Shown here: in pieces, positions 16,852 to 27,131 of the stretch
Layout: each line of letters starts with the position of its first letter
How positions within the stretch are numbered: position 1 is the stretch's first letter
Source of the DNA: Candidatus Poribacteria bacterium
GTDB lineage: Bacteria > Poribacteria > WGA-4E > UBA9662
NCBI GenBank assembly: GCA_002709695.1
Contig: PAQF01000079.1
Location: 4,448-68,447 of the forward strand
Length of the DNA stretch: 64,000 nucleotides
Direction: 5' to 3'
Notes under the pieces: generated by a model
Databases searched by the model: none
Seen by the model: the letters and a program-made list of their open reading frames with translations, nothing else
Told to the model about the DNA's origin: nothing
Position numbers and translations under genes: made by a program

Positions 16852-19245
16852 ATGATGTTAAAAATATTCACTTACTATCTTTTAGTGCGTCCAACAATTG
16901 CTTTTCTGGCTTCGCGAGTTCTTGGGGGAATAATAGCATTTGCCTATCTGTCATTTGCCTGTGAAGCAGAGAACCTCGTCAGCTTTAATAGGGATATTCG
17001 TCCAATATTGTCTAATCATTGCTTCGCCTGTCATGGACCAGATGCTAATGCTCGCAAGTCAGAACTCCGACTGGATATACGTACAAGTGCCTTGGATAAG
17101 AAAGCCATTGTCCCAGCTGAACCATTCGAAAGTGGAATTGTAAATCGCATCTATCACGAGGACCTGTCGAAACGAATGCCGCCGATAGAAACCAAACAAC
17201 CACTGTCTCCTGAGCAAAAAACTCTGCTACGGCGTTGGATTGCGGAAGGTGCCGATTACAGCGAACACTGGGCTTGGATTCCACCTCGTCGGTCCTCAGT
17301 TCCTACAGTGGAAGATATGACATGGCCACGCAATGAGATTGATCATTTCATCCTTGCTCAACTAGAAGAAAAAGGGTTGAGCCCTTCGCCTGAAGCGGAT
17401 CAGCGTACTCTCATTCGACGGTTGTCACTTGATCTAACAGGTTTGCCTCCAACGCCCAAAGAAGTTGAAAATTTCATTATTGACTCATCGGATGATGTCT
17501 ATGGAACCCTCGTGGATCGATTGTTAAAATCACCGCGGTTTGGTGAACGCATGGCGTTGCACTGGCTTGACTTGGCTCGCTATGCAGATAGTGATGGATA
17601 CCATGACGATACAGCTCGTGCCATGTGGCCTTATCGCGACTATGTGATAAAGTCGTTTTGTGACAACAAGCCGTTCGATGTTTTTACCCTTGAACAGATT
17701 GCGGGTGACCAAATTCCAAATGCTACGCGTGAGCAGAAGGTGGGTTCGGCATTTCACCGAAATGGACCAACATCAAGTGAAGGAGGTGCGAATCCAGAAG
17801 AATACCGCGTGAAATATGCTGTTGACCGTGTAAATACAACTGCGACAGTTTGGCTCGGTGTGACTCTCCAATGTGCAGAATGTCATGACCACAAGTTCGA
17901 CCCGTTCACCCAACGGGAATTCTACCAATTCCTAGCGTTCTTTGATCAAGTACCGGGTGATTACCTCTTTCGAGGTCTTTATGCTCCTCCATCAATCGAG
18001 TTGTCCTCGTCTGCACAGGAGGCCGAACTAGCGGCGCTGGAAGCCTCAATTACAGAGTTGAAGAAACAAGCTAAAGCGAATGTGAACTCCGACGAGATCG
18101 TAAAACAGAAATTGTTAGAAACCACGGAGCTCTACGATGAGTTTCGGGCTAGAATTCCCAAACTACGTATCATGCAGGATGTGAAGGAGCGTACTCCAAC
18201 ACACATTTTACTTCGTGGCGATTTTCGAAAGCGAGGTGAACTAGTTGAGCCTGGAGTTCCAGCATTACTTCCTCCTCTTACTGGTGGGAAGCCATCTCGC
18301 TTAACATTAGGGAAGTGGTTAGTCGATCCGAAGAACCCTTTGCCTGCTCGTGTTACTGTAAACCGATTCTGGGCTATGTTGTTTGGAACTGGTATTGTTA
18401 AAACAGGGGAAGACTTTGGTTCCCAAGGTGAATGGCCTAGCCATCTAGAATTGCTCGACTGGCTCGCGGTCGAGTTCATCGAATCTGGTTGGGATGTAAA
18501 GCATATATTAAAATATATCGTCGGTTCTGCGACCTATCGACAAAGTTCTATTACAGACGAAGTTCGAAGAAAATACGATCCGGAAAATCGGCTTCTGACA
18601 CGTGGCCCTCGGTTCCGCTTACCAGCAGAAATGATCCGTGATAATGCCTTATATGTCGCCGGGCTTTTAGTAGAGAAAAGGGGTGGGCCTTCGGTCAAAC
18701 CCTACCAACCACCTGGACTATGGAAAGAAATGGCCTACGGTGACTCGCCTGGAAAAGCCTACGAACAGGATCATGGGGATAACCTTTACCGCCGTGGCCT
18801 CTACACTTTTTGGAAGCGTTCAATTCTTTACCCCGCGTTTGCCGCATTCGATGCTCCCATCCGTGAGGAATGTACTGTTAGACGGCCACGTACTAATACT
18901 CCTCTCCAAGCATTTGTTATGCTCAACGATATTACTTTTGTCGAAGCTGCTCGTGTTTTTGCAGAGCGGATTTTGGTAAGGGGTGGATCGAATTTGGAAA
19001 GCCGAATTGATTTCGCCATGAAAACTGCGGTAGCCCGCTCACCATCTCCTATCGAACTTTTAATTTTAAAAACATTGTTGGCAGACATGATAGACCATTA
19101 CCTTGCACAACCAAATGATGCAGGCAAGATTATTGCTGTTGGTGAGTGGCCGGTTTCGGATAACCTTGATCCCATCATGCTAGCAGCTTGGACATCAGTT
19201 GCTCAAGCAATCTTGAACCTTGACGAAATGCAGACGAAAGAATGA
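16852..19245 (+). CDS. PSCyt1/DUF1549/DUF1553 protein (planctomycete-type cytochrome-c domain protein)
   Basis: N-terminal CFACHGPD haem-binding-like motif in the PSCyt1 context (RDIRPILSNHCFACHG). A long DUF1549/DUF1553-like body includes CAECHDHKFDP. 797 aa. Confidence 0.85.
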   Translation: MMLKIFTYYLLVRPTIAFLASRVLGGIIAFAYLSFACEAENLVSFNRDIRPILSNHCFACHGPDANARKSELRLDIRTSALDKKAIVPAEPFESGIVNRIYHEDLSKRMPPIETKQPLSPEQKTLLRRWIAEGADYSEHWAWIPPRRSSVPTVEDMTWPRNEIDHFILAQLEEKGLSPSPEADQRTLIRRLSLDLTGLPPTPKEVENFIIDSSDDVYGTLVDRLLKSPRFGERMALHWLDLARYADSDGYHDDTARAMWPYRDYVIKSFCDNKPFDVFTLEQIAGDQIPNATREQKVGSAFHRNGPTSSEGGANPEEYRVKYAVDRVNTTATVWLGVTLQCAECHDHKFDPFTQREFYQFLAFFDQVPGDYLFRGLYAPPSIELSSSAQEAELAALEASITELKKQAKANVNSDEIVKQKLLETTELYDEFRARIPKLRIMQDVKERTPTHILLRGDFRKRGELVEPGVPALLPPLTGGKPSRLTLGKWLVDPKNPLPARVTVNRFWAMLFGTGIVKTGEDFGSQGEWPSHLELLDWLAVEFIESGWDVKHILKYIVGSATYRQSSITDEVRRKYDPENRLLTRGPRFRLPAEMIRDNALYVAGLLVEKRGGPSVKPYQPPGLWKEMAYGDSPGKAYEQDHGDNLYRRGLYTFWKRSILYPAFAAFDAPIREECTVRRPRTNTPLQAFVMLNDITFVEAARVFAERILVRGGSNLESRIDFAMKTAVARSPSPIELLILKTLLADMIDHYLAQPNDAGKIIAVGEWPVSDNLDPIMLAAWTSVAQAILNLDEMQTKE

Positions 19246-19249
19246 CCCA

Positions 19250-20695
19250 ATGAATAATCTATTTGATAGCCTTAGGAATCATCTTACACGCCGTGCATTT
19301 CTGCGACGTTGTACATCAGGAATTGGTTCTATTGCCCTTACATCACTTTTAGCAGAAGATGTCCCCGCTGTGGGACGAGGGAAAGAAGGATTAGGCGTCC
19401 TTGGGAAACCCCATTTCGCACCAAAAGCAAAGAGAGTTATCTTCATTTGTCAAAGCGGGGGGGTTTCGCAGTTCGAGACCTTTGATTTTAAGCCAAAGCT
19501 TATGGAACTCAATGGTCAAGCGATGCCCGCCTCGCTTACCACTGGCGAGCGACTTGCACAGATCCGTGGTCACAAACTTACTATTTGTGGGTCTCCTTAT
19601 GCATTTACTCGTCATGGTCAATGCGGCGCAGAGATTTCCGAACTCTTGCCATATACTGCGGATATTGTCGATGATATTTGTATTGTACGCACTTGTGTTT
19701 CAGAAGCAATCAACCATGACCCTGCAGTTACCTTTCTCCAATGTGGAGGACAACAACCAGGCAGACCTACAATGGGCGCTTGGCTTAGCTATGGACTTGG
19801 CAGTGTCAGTGAGAATTTACCAGCTTTTGTTGTACTTTGCTCCGGAATGAATCAAGGGCAGAACCTGCACACACGTTATTGGGGCAGTGGATTCCTTCCA
19901 TCTGAGCATCAAGGTGTTATGTTTCGTCCGACAAGTACCCCTGTACCTTTTGTGAACAACCCTTCAGGCATTGATCGCAACGCCCGTCGCCGGTTACTCG
20001 ATAGTGTTATGAAGCTGAATAAGCTTAAGCGCGATGCTGTAGGAGATCCGGAGATTGATACACGCATTAGTGCCTACGAGATGGCATTTCGAATGCAGTC
20101 CTCCGTACCTGACTTGATGGATATATCTGGTGAACCTCAGCATATTCTCGATATGTATGGTCCTGAGGTACACACTCCGGGGAGCGCTGCGCGTAGTTGT
20201 TTACTAGCACGGCGGCTTGCTGAACGAGGTGTTCGTTTTGTGCAACTCTATCATCGTGGTTGGGATCAACATGGAAACCTCCCACAAGAGTTATCCCGCC
20301 AGTGCAGGCAGACTGATCAACCCTCGGCGGCCCTTATCAAAGATCTCAAAATGCGCGGTTTGCTTGATGATACACTTGTTATTTGGGGTACGGAATTCGG
20401 ACGCACACCGATGCTTCAAGGAGAATACGATGCTCAAAGTTACGGTCGTGACCATCACATGCTTTGCTTCAGCATGTGGATGGCAGGTGCGGGCATCCAA
20501 CCTGGTCTTACCTACGGCGAATCCGACGAATTTGGTTATCGCCCTGTAAAGGATTCTGCCCATATCCATGATTTGCATGCCACTTGGTTGCATCTTTTGG
20601 GAATTGACCATGAAAGACTTACTTATTCTTTTCAAGGTCGTGATTACCGGCTCACGGATGTACACGGAGAGGTGCTGAAAAAGTTGTTAACTTAG
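19250..20695 (+). CDS. DUF1501 (sulfatase-fold) protein with twin-arginine signal
   Basis: Reads MNNLFDSLRNHLTRRAFLRRC (Tat-like), then the WGTEFGRTP and GRDHH motifs typical of DUF1501. The ATG at 19250 is 4 nt after the upstream stop and is preferred to the tracked 19220 start. Confidence 0.85.
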   Translation: MNNLFDSLRNHLTRRAFLRRCTSGIGSIALTSLLAEDVPAVGRGKEGLGVLGKPHFAPKAKRVIFICQSGGVSQFETFDFKPKLMELNGQAMPASLTTGERLAQIRGHKLTICGSPYAFTRHGQCGAEISELLPYTADIVDDICIVRTCVSEAINHDPAVTFLQCGGQQPGRPTMGAWLSYGLGSVSENLPAFVVLCSGMNQGQNLHTRYWGSGFLPSEHQGVMFRPTSTPVPFVNNPSGIDRNARRRLLDSVMKLNKLKRDAVGDPEIDTRISAYEMAFRMQSSVPDLMDISGEPQHILDMYGPEVHTPGSAARSCLLARRLAERGVRFVQLYHRGWDQHGNLPQELSRQCRQTDQPSAALIKDLKMRGLLDDTLVIWGTEFGRTPMLQGEYDAQSYGRDHHMLCFSMWMAGAGIQPGLTYGESDEFGYRPVKDSAHIHDLHATWLHLLGIDHERLTYSFQGRDYRLTDVHGEVLKKLLT

Positions 20696-20931
20696 ACCTA
20701 GACTTCGAAGTAAAATCTTGAGAGCCTTCTTACATGCTTAAATCGAAGAAATTGTGACCTACTCAAATGTTACCCTTCGAATATGCATGCCACCAGCAAT
20801 ACGTTAGATTGTTTTGAGGATGGTTTTGTGTTACGTTTATGATAGAGAAGCTAAATAAAACCTAGAGGCATTCATTGAGGATTAGGATCGAGTCCTTAGT
20901 GTAGGAAACAGTAACTTTACCTCTCAATTCA

Positions 20932-21843
20932 TTATAAAAACACTTTCCAATTAGAAACACAAGGTTTTAGGGTTCGGTCATCCCAATATGCTCTTGTCCT
21001 TCCCAAATCCCAAGGAGCAGAACCAACAAATTCGCTTTTACAGCCATTTAACTCGATTGTTCCTTCTTGGAGATCCAAGGTCACGATGCCGTAAATTGAA
21101 TCTTGGTAAGGAACCGTGTATTTGATCCATGGATACTGTTCGTCTATCTCTTGACTATAGCGAACTTCTAAAAAATCTTCACCTATCCAATAATAGGAAG
21201 CACTGTTAATTTGAGAATAAAGAATATTGTTGATCCAACGAACATAATCACGGTGATGATGGCCCGAAAAGCAGGCTATCACTTTCCGGAAACCTGCCTG
21301 GTGATTAACTTTTTCTAGTAAGTTGCGAACCTCGCTGCCGTTTTTAATGCTACCATCCATTTCACGTTCAATACTTTGATGCACGAATACTATGGAGAAA
21401 GCATTTGTTTGTTTTAAATTTTCGTACAACCACGAAATCTGATCAGCGGCGATATAGCACGGATAACCAGATTGGTGTCCTACTGGTATATCATTCCCAT
21501 CAAGTACAATAAAATGTACCCCTTTGTGGTCAAAAGAGTAAAATCGAGAATTCATTCCCCAATAATCAATTGTTTGCTGATGAGTGAAACCACCATCTGT
21601 GTCGTGATTTCCTAAAACATGGTAGCTTGGTTTTTGGAATTGATTCCAGATTTGAATAAAATCTCGATTTTCTGATTTTGGCACACAGAAATCCCCTAAC
21701 TGAATAATAAAGTCAACTTGTTCTCGAACCATATGATCAATAAAAGACTGTAATCGAGAGTCAGCATCGTGCATCACATCTTTGTGGATATCGGCAATAA
21801 TACCAAACCGAACTTTCATTGGTGATGGTTGATAGTGAGTCAA
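20932..21843 (-). CDS. Calcineurin-like metallophosphoesterase
   Basis: Contains GIIADIHKD, LGDFCV, LGNHD and SGHHHRD, the metallophosphoesterase signature series. Confidence 0.8.
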   Translation of the reverse strand: MTHYQPSPMKVRFGIIADIHKDVMHDADSRLQSFIDHMVREQVDFIIQLGDFCVPKSENRDFIQIWNQFQKPSYHVLGNHDTDGGFTHQQTIDYWGMNSRFYSFDHKGVHFIVLDGNDIPVGHQSGYPCYIAADQISWLYENLKQTNAFSIVFVHQSIEREMDGSIKNGSEVRNLLEKVNHQAGFRKVIACFSGHHHRDYVRWINNILYSQINSASYYWIGEDFLEVRYSQEIDEQYPWIKYTVPYQDSIYGIVTLDLQEGTIELNGCKSEFVGSAPWDLGRTRAYWDDRTLKPCVSNWKVFL

Positions 21844-22033
21844 TTTATTATTATCCTGTCTTGCTAAATGTACTGAATCTAATTTAGGGTCAAACTGTAA
21901 ATAGAAAATTACCTATATCGTAACCAGTGACGGCTATACTAACCTATATTCAAATTTGTTGTTATATTCGTCATGGCTTTCATATTTCGAGCTGAAACAG
22001 CTCAATTTATATGTTTCACCCTATATTTATGAG

Positions 22034-22542
22034 TTAAGCCAATACCTCTTGCACAATTTCACCATGGACATCGGTTAAACGATACCGACGGCCACCCACT
22101 GTTTCAAGGTTTTGATCTGTTCAGAGGTCAGTTCTAATTTTGAGGATGGTGGTGGCATCACTCGCATTGGATCCTCAGCTACAATACGGACAATTAACTG
22201 GCTATTTCCAACATCTCTGGGCTGAATAACCGGGTTTTCAGTCCAGAGCGTACTCTCTTTCAAATCTAGGCGTAGACTGGCTTGGCGGGTTCGTTGGTCA
22301 GGACCATGACATTTGAAGCAGTTGTCGGACAAAATTGGCAATACGTCTCGATTGAAAGAGATCTCGGCTACAGACAACGAAAACGGTACCAACGAGAGAT
22401 ATAGGATTAGTAAAAACAAACAAAACCTGAAAAATCCTGGGTTGTGAAACATAGTTTTTCCTGTAAATTTCGGTCCTGAACCCAATGCGACTTCAGTTGG
22501 CACAAGGCCATTCAATAAATGGCGATGACTGGCAATTGTCAT
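22034..22542 (-). pseudogene. Deletion scar: PSCyt1 N-terminal domain fused out of frame to the last ~18 codons of a DUF1501 gene
   Basis: ORF 22075-22542 reads NRDVLPILSDNCFKCHGPD ... LKQWVAVGIV*, so it contains only the PSCyt1 domain. A second frame across 22034-22093 reads GGRRYRLTDVHGEIVQEVLA*. That matches the C-terminus of the intact DUF1501 protein at 19250-20695 (GRDYRLTDVHGEVLKKLLT*). Confidence 0.75.
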
Positions 22543-22881
22543 TCTACATGAAAGTCAGGGAAAAATCAAAACCACTTATCATTATCCTTTTGTTCAGGAC
22601 GACGGGTCCTAAGTATCGATCCTAATAATATGCATGGGCGTTCTGATTCGCTGGAGCGATATCACCAGAGTTTTTATATAGTTGGGAAATCCTAGGGTTA
22701 ATACGCAAAATAACATGTCAACCACGAAGTTCCATACATCACGTCGGATAATTAGCAAAAGATCAGATCCCAAAATTTTATTGAGCAAAAATCGAAAACC
22801 AAGTAAGATAGCTTTCGCCTATATCATAAGGTCATAAGCGGAAGCTACCGAAATTTAGCCATTGCCCAAACAGGGAATCAA

Positions 22882-24150
22882 TTGAGGTGTGTTATGAGAG
22901 AACAGCAAAAGCAAAACATTATCCTAATCCTAGCTGACGATCTGGGTTATGAATGTCTCGGTTGCTACGGGGGAGAATCCTACAACACCCCTAATCTTGA
23001 TGCTATGGCTGCGTCTGGCACACGGTTTACTCATGCCTACGCATTACCGTTGTGTACACCTACTAGGGTTCAGATAATGACTGGGAAGTATAATTTTCGT
23101 AATTGGAAAGCTTTTGGTATTCTCGATCCAGATGAGAAAACATTTGGTCATTACATGCAACATGCTGGGTATAAAACTTGTGTCACTGGGAAATGGCAAC
23201 TTTGGAGCTATAACCCCCCTAGTTTTGAACCAGAATGGCGAGGGCAGGGAATGCTGCCGGAAAATGCTGGTTTCGATGAGTTTTTTCTTTGGCACGCTGG
23301 TCACACTGAGGATAAGGGTTCACGGTACGCAGATCCTTTGATTTTTGACAATAACGGGCTCCGTCAAGATACAAAAGGGAGGTATGGTCCCGATCTCTAT
23401 GTTGAGTACCTCCTTGACTTCGTTAAACGTTATCAAAATCAACCATTTTTTGTTTATTATCCGATGGCACTCACACATGGACCATTTATGCCTACGCCAG
23501 ATAGTCTTGAGTGGATTGAGAATCGTCATAAAAGTAATGTCGGAAATTTTAAATACATGGTCGAATATACGGACAAGATAGTCGGCCAAATCATGAATGG
23601 ACTTGACGACTTGGGACTTTGTGATAACACACTGGTTATGTTTATCGGTGATAATGGGTCGCCTACTGAAGTTGTCTCAATGCTAGGTGACCGGCCATTT
23701 AGAGGTGGTAAGGGTAAGTCCACTGATGCGGGAATTCGTGTTCCTCTAATAGCTTCTTGGGGTAACAATGAGACTGGGACTAGTGTCTGCAATGATTTGG
23801 TGGACTGCAGCGATTTTCTGCCTACAATGATGGAGATTGTTGGAACTTCTCTTCCATCCCAGGCTATTTGTGACGGTCGGTCTTTCCTTCCCCAACTGGT
23901 TGGCAAAAGACCAAACCCAAGAGAGTGGATTTATGCTTGGCATAATCCATTGCCAGGTTGGGCCAAAGAAGGATACTACTTGCAGGAATGGGCTCAAGAT
24001 CAAACATGGAAACTCTACGACGATGGCCGGCTTTATAATCTCGTGATCGATGTTCTTGAAGAATATCCTATTGAAGAGGATACTGAGGAATCAAAAACCG
24101 CTCGAAAGAATCTTCAATCGGTTCTAAATCGTATGAAGCAACAGCAGTAA
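22882..24150 (+). CDS. Cys-type sulfatase (arylsulfatase A family)
   Basis: Contains ILILADDLGYE, the formylglycine motif CTPTRVQIMTGK (CxPxR) and GDNGSP. The probable start is the ATG at 22894. No obvious signal peptide. Confidence 0.9.
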   Translation: MRCVMREQQKQNIILILADDLGYECLGCYGGESYNTPNLDAMAASGTRFTHAYALPLCTPTRVQIMTGKYNFRNWKAFGILDPDEKTFGHYMQHAGYKTCVTGKWQLWSYNPPSFEPEWRGQGMLPENAGFDEFFLWHAGHTEDKGSRYADPLIFDNNGLRQDTKGRYGPDLYVEYLLDFVKRYQNQPFFVYYPMALTHGPFMPTPDSLEWIENRHKSNVGNFKYMVEYTDKIVGQIMNGLDDLGLCDNTLVMFIGDNGSPTEVVSMLGDRPFRGGKGKSTDAGIRVPLIASWGNNETGTSVCNDLVDCSDFLPTMMEIVGTSLPSQAICDGRSFLPQLVGKRPNPREWIYAWHNPLPGWAKEGYYLQEWAQDQTWKLYDDGRLYNLVIDVLEEYPIEEDTEESKTARKNLQSVLNRMKQQQ

Positions 24151-24606
24151 GAGCCTATTGAAATCGCTAGTCATTCAAACATCCTGGATACTCACTCACA
24201 AAGAACCCATTACAATAATGAACTAAATTGCTACTGCATTGAAAAGAGGGCATAAAGATAACGTACAAGTCTGGTATATTGCCACTAAAAACCTAAGGAA
24301 TACCATGATGGTAAAATCGATTGGTCTTTAGACAAAACTTTTATGGTCTTTCTCAGCAACTGGAACGATCAGACCAACTTTTAAGGAGAAACTTGTCTGG
24401 GCAAGCATAACCCTGGGGTCGTCACTTTTATGGTAGAACTGTTACTGAACCTACCAATCTCATGGATCAATGCCATTTACAACTTACAACGGGTGCAAAA
24501 ATCCCATTATTACAAGCAAGGAGGATAGCAAGATCACGCCAACCAAGTGATCTGCTAGAAAGAAAGGATCAATTTTATGGATAAAAAAACGGAGTAAGAC
24601 AAGAAC

Positions 24607-26739
24607 ATGACCAAATCAACTGGCCAACTTGACAACCTAACTTCGATTGATAATTGGCAATCGATTGCAAACGGTATCTGGAGATGCGAGCTCGGCGACA
24701 TAAGCAAGGAGCAATGCTATAGTAATCTCGCTGTAGCACCGCCTCGATGGGACAGAATAAATGTACTCTCCCCTGCCGACTTCCCCTTTGTCAGCGATGT
24801 TCCATCCTACCAAAACAAGGACGGGAAGATCACCATTCGTATTCCTGCTGAAGCAGATGAACAGCTCTATGGGTTCGGGCTTCAATTTGACGGGCTGAAG
24901 AAAAACAAAACAGTACTCACTTTGAATACAGACCACTGGAATAAGGGAGGTGGTCGGACCCACGCACCAGTCCCTTTCTATATTTCAAGCAAAGGGTATG
25001 GAGTGTTCTTCAATACTGCGCGTTATCTGAAAGTATACTGTCAGATAGGCAATCGCAAGGATTCTCCGAACAATCCGGTACCAGTCGATCGCAATCCAGT
25101 CCCAGAAACTGAATCGATAGATCCCTGGCAAGCGGTTCCCCAGGGCGATGCTGTGGAAGGGCACATTATTGGCAAAGGGATGGAAATTATCGTTTTCAGC
25201 GGTGCCAGTATGCTGGACGTGGTTCGACGCTATAACCTCTACTGTGGGGGAGGGGTTTTGCCGCCTTTGTGGGGGCTAGGCTTCTGGCACCGCGTACATG
25301 CCGCGTTTGACGCCGACCAAACTGAAGCGGAGGTAGCAGCGTTCAATGAAAAGCAGTTCCCTCTAGATGTTGTGGGGCTCGAACCTGGATGGATGAGTTC
25401 TTCCTATCCTTGCACTTTTGAATGGCAGAAAGCACGTTTTGCGGAGCCTGATGTGTTGGCCAAACGCCTCTTGGAGCAGGGCGTCCGCCTAAACCTCTGG
25501 ATCAACCCCTACGTTTCTCCAGAAAGTCGAATCCACGACGAGATATATCCGTACTCGGGGTCACATATGGTCTGGTTAGGACTAGTTCCTGATTACTACA
25601 TGCCTCAAGCCCGACGGTTGCTGGTGGAACAGCATACCAAGGAGCACTTGAATATCGGTATCAGTGGTTACAAAGTGGACGAGGTTGATGGGTATGATTT
25701 CTGGTTGTGGCCGGACCACGCCACATTTCCTTCTGGAATATCAGGCGAAAGTATGCGCCAAACGTATGGCTTGCTGATGCAGAACCTGCTCTATAAGGAT
25801 CTGTTCAAGAAAAACAACCAGCGCACCTATGGCAATGTGCGTTCCAGCAATGGTGGGGCTTCCGGCTACCCATTTGTCATTTACAGCGATTCGTATGACC
25901 ATGCTCAGTACATTAGGGGAATTTCAGCGGCCAGTCTTTGTGGGGTTTTATGGACTCCTGAAGTACGCAATGCGGCTACGGCACGAGAATGGCTCAACCG
26001 CATGCAGACCGTCTGTTTCTCCCCCATGGCCAAGCTCAACGCTTGGGCCACTGGTCTTCATCCATGGAGTTTCCCAGAGGTGGAGGCGGCAGTCCGCAAG
26101 GTTATCCAACTTCGCATGCGTTTGTTACCGTATATTTACAGTGCTTTTGCTGACTATCACTTTAACGGTGTGCCGCCGATGCGGGCCATGATGCTAGAAA
26201 GCGAGGCAATTGACATAAACGGAACCGTAGTAAAGGGAAAACTGGATAGTGAAACCGATCCTTATGCCATGAACACGGTTATGGAAACAACGGATCAGTT
26301 CATGTTTGGTCCATCAATTATGGTTGCGCCCTTTTACGGTGACAAAGCCACAGAGCGTCAAGTCCATTTGCCGTCTGGAAAATGGTATGACTTCTACAGT
26401 GGTCAGCCCGTTGGTTCCCATACAACCTTTGTGATTAAAGCCGAAGTGTTGAATGACCAGATTCCCCTGTTTGTCAAAGATGGGGCACTCATTCCCATGC
26501 TGAGCAAAAACTTGCTGAATACACAAGGAATTCAAGGCTGTGATCTGGAGTTGCGTCATTACGGTACTGCAGATGGTACCTTTGAATTGTACGAAGACGA
26601 TGGTAAGAGCTTTGATTACGAGCAGGGGGCTTACCGCATCCGCACCTTGTCTGTAACAGAACAGGGTTTGACGGAGACCCTGAGCAAGGATGATGCGGCC
26701 GCCTTGTTTGGATCTGTTTCACTAAGGCGTATGAGTTGA
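24607..26739 (+). CDS. Glycoside hydrolase family 31-like (alpha-glucosidase/alpha-xylosidase type)
   Basis: Contains LYGFGLQFDG, VPFYISSKGYGVFFNT, LNLWINPY and GYKVDEVDG (compare YicI KTDFGE). 710 aa. Visibly GC-richer than its neighbours. Confidence 0.7.
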   Translation: MTKSTGQLDNLTSIDNWQSIANGIWRCELGDISKEQCYSNLAVAPPRWDRINVLSPADFPFVSDVPSYQNKDGKITIRIPAEADEQLYGFGLQFDGLKKNKTVLTLNTDHWNKGGGRTHAPVPFYISSKGYGVFFNTARYLKVYCQIGNRKDSPNNPVPVDRNPVPETESIDPWQAVPQGDAVEGHIIGKGMEIIVFSGASMLDVVRRYNLYCGGGVLPPLWGLGFWHRVHAAFDADQTEAEVAAFNEKQFPLDVVGLEPGWMSSSYPCTFEWQKARFAEPDVLAKRLLEQGVRLNLWINPYVSPESRIHDEIYPYSGSHMVWLGLVPDYYMPQARRLLVEQHTKEHLNIGISGYKVDEVDGYDFWLWPDHATFPSGISGESMRQTYGLLMQNLLYKDLFKKNNQRTYGNVRSSNGGASGYPFVIYSDSYDHAQYIRGISAASLCGVLWTPEVRNAATAREWLNRMQTVCFSPMAKLNAWATGLHPWSFPEVEAAVRKVIQLRMRLLPYIYSAFADYHFNGVPPMRAMMLESEAIDINGTVVKGKLDSETDPYAMNTVMETTDQFMFGPSIMVAPFYGDKATERQVHLPSGKWYDFYSGQPVGSHTTFVIKAEVLNDQIPLFVKDGALIPMLSKNLLNTQGIQGCDLELRHYGTADGTFELYEDDGKSFDYEQGAYRIRTLSVTEQGLTETLSKDDAAALFGSVSLRRMS

Positions 26740-27131
26740 GCGTAATCAGTCTGTCAAACAGGAGTAATTATACTATTGTCAGCAGAGATTACTGTATCAT
26801 TAGACGATGTAAACGATTCATAGAGATCTCAATGCTGTTGTTACTCACTATCATATTTATGTAAAAATATCCGGTTTACTCAGCATGTGAATCTTGAGTT
26901 GGAAGTCCAAAGCCATACTCTTAGTCTATAGCTAAGTCTGTAAGTAGCCCAAATAACGACACTAGAAGCATCCGTATAATTTACTCCATTTATTTGGATA
27001 TATAGTAGTTTATATTTCAGCCTTTTCCATTTTTTTTGCTTGTTTTCTCAAAAGACAAATAGCTGTTTTTAGGAAAAGAAGTATTTAATCTAACTTTTAA
27101 ATACCTAGCATAATAGTAAAGGAATACCTTA

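Noticed and set aside
19220-19249. The tracked DUF1501 start at 19220, which overlaps the PSCyt gene
   Set aside because: The ATG at 19250 gives the typical N-terminus with a twin-arginine motif and lies 4 nt after the upstream stop. The longer version only adds residues read from the upstream gene's 3' end.
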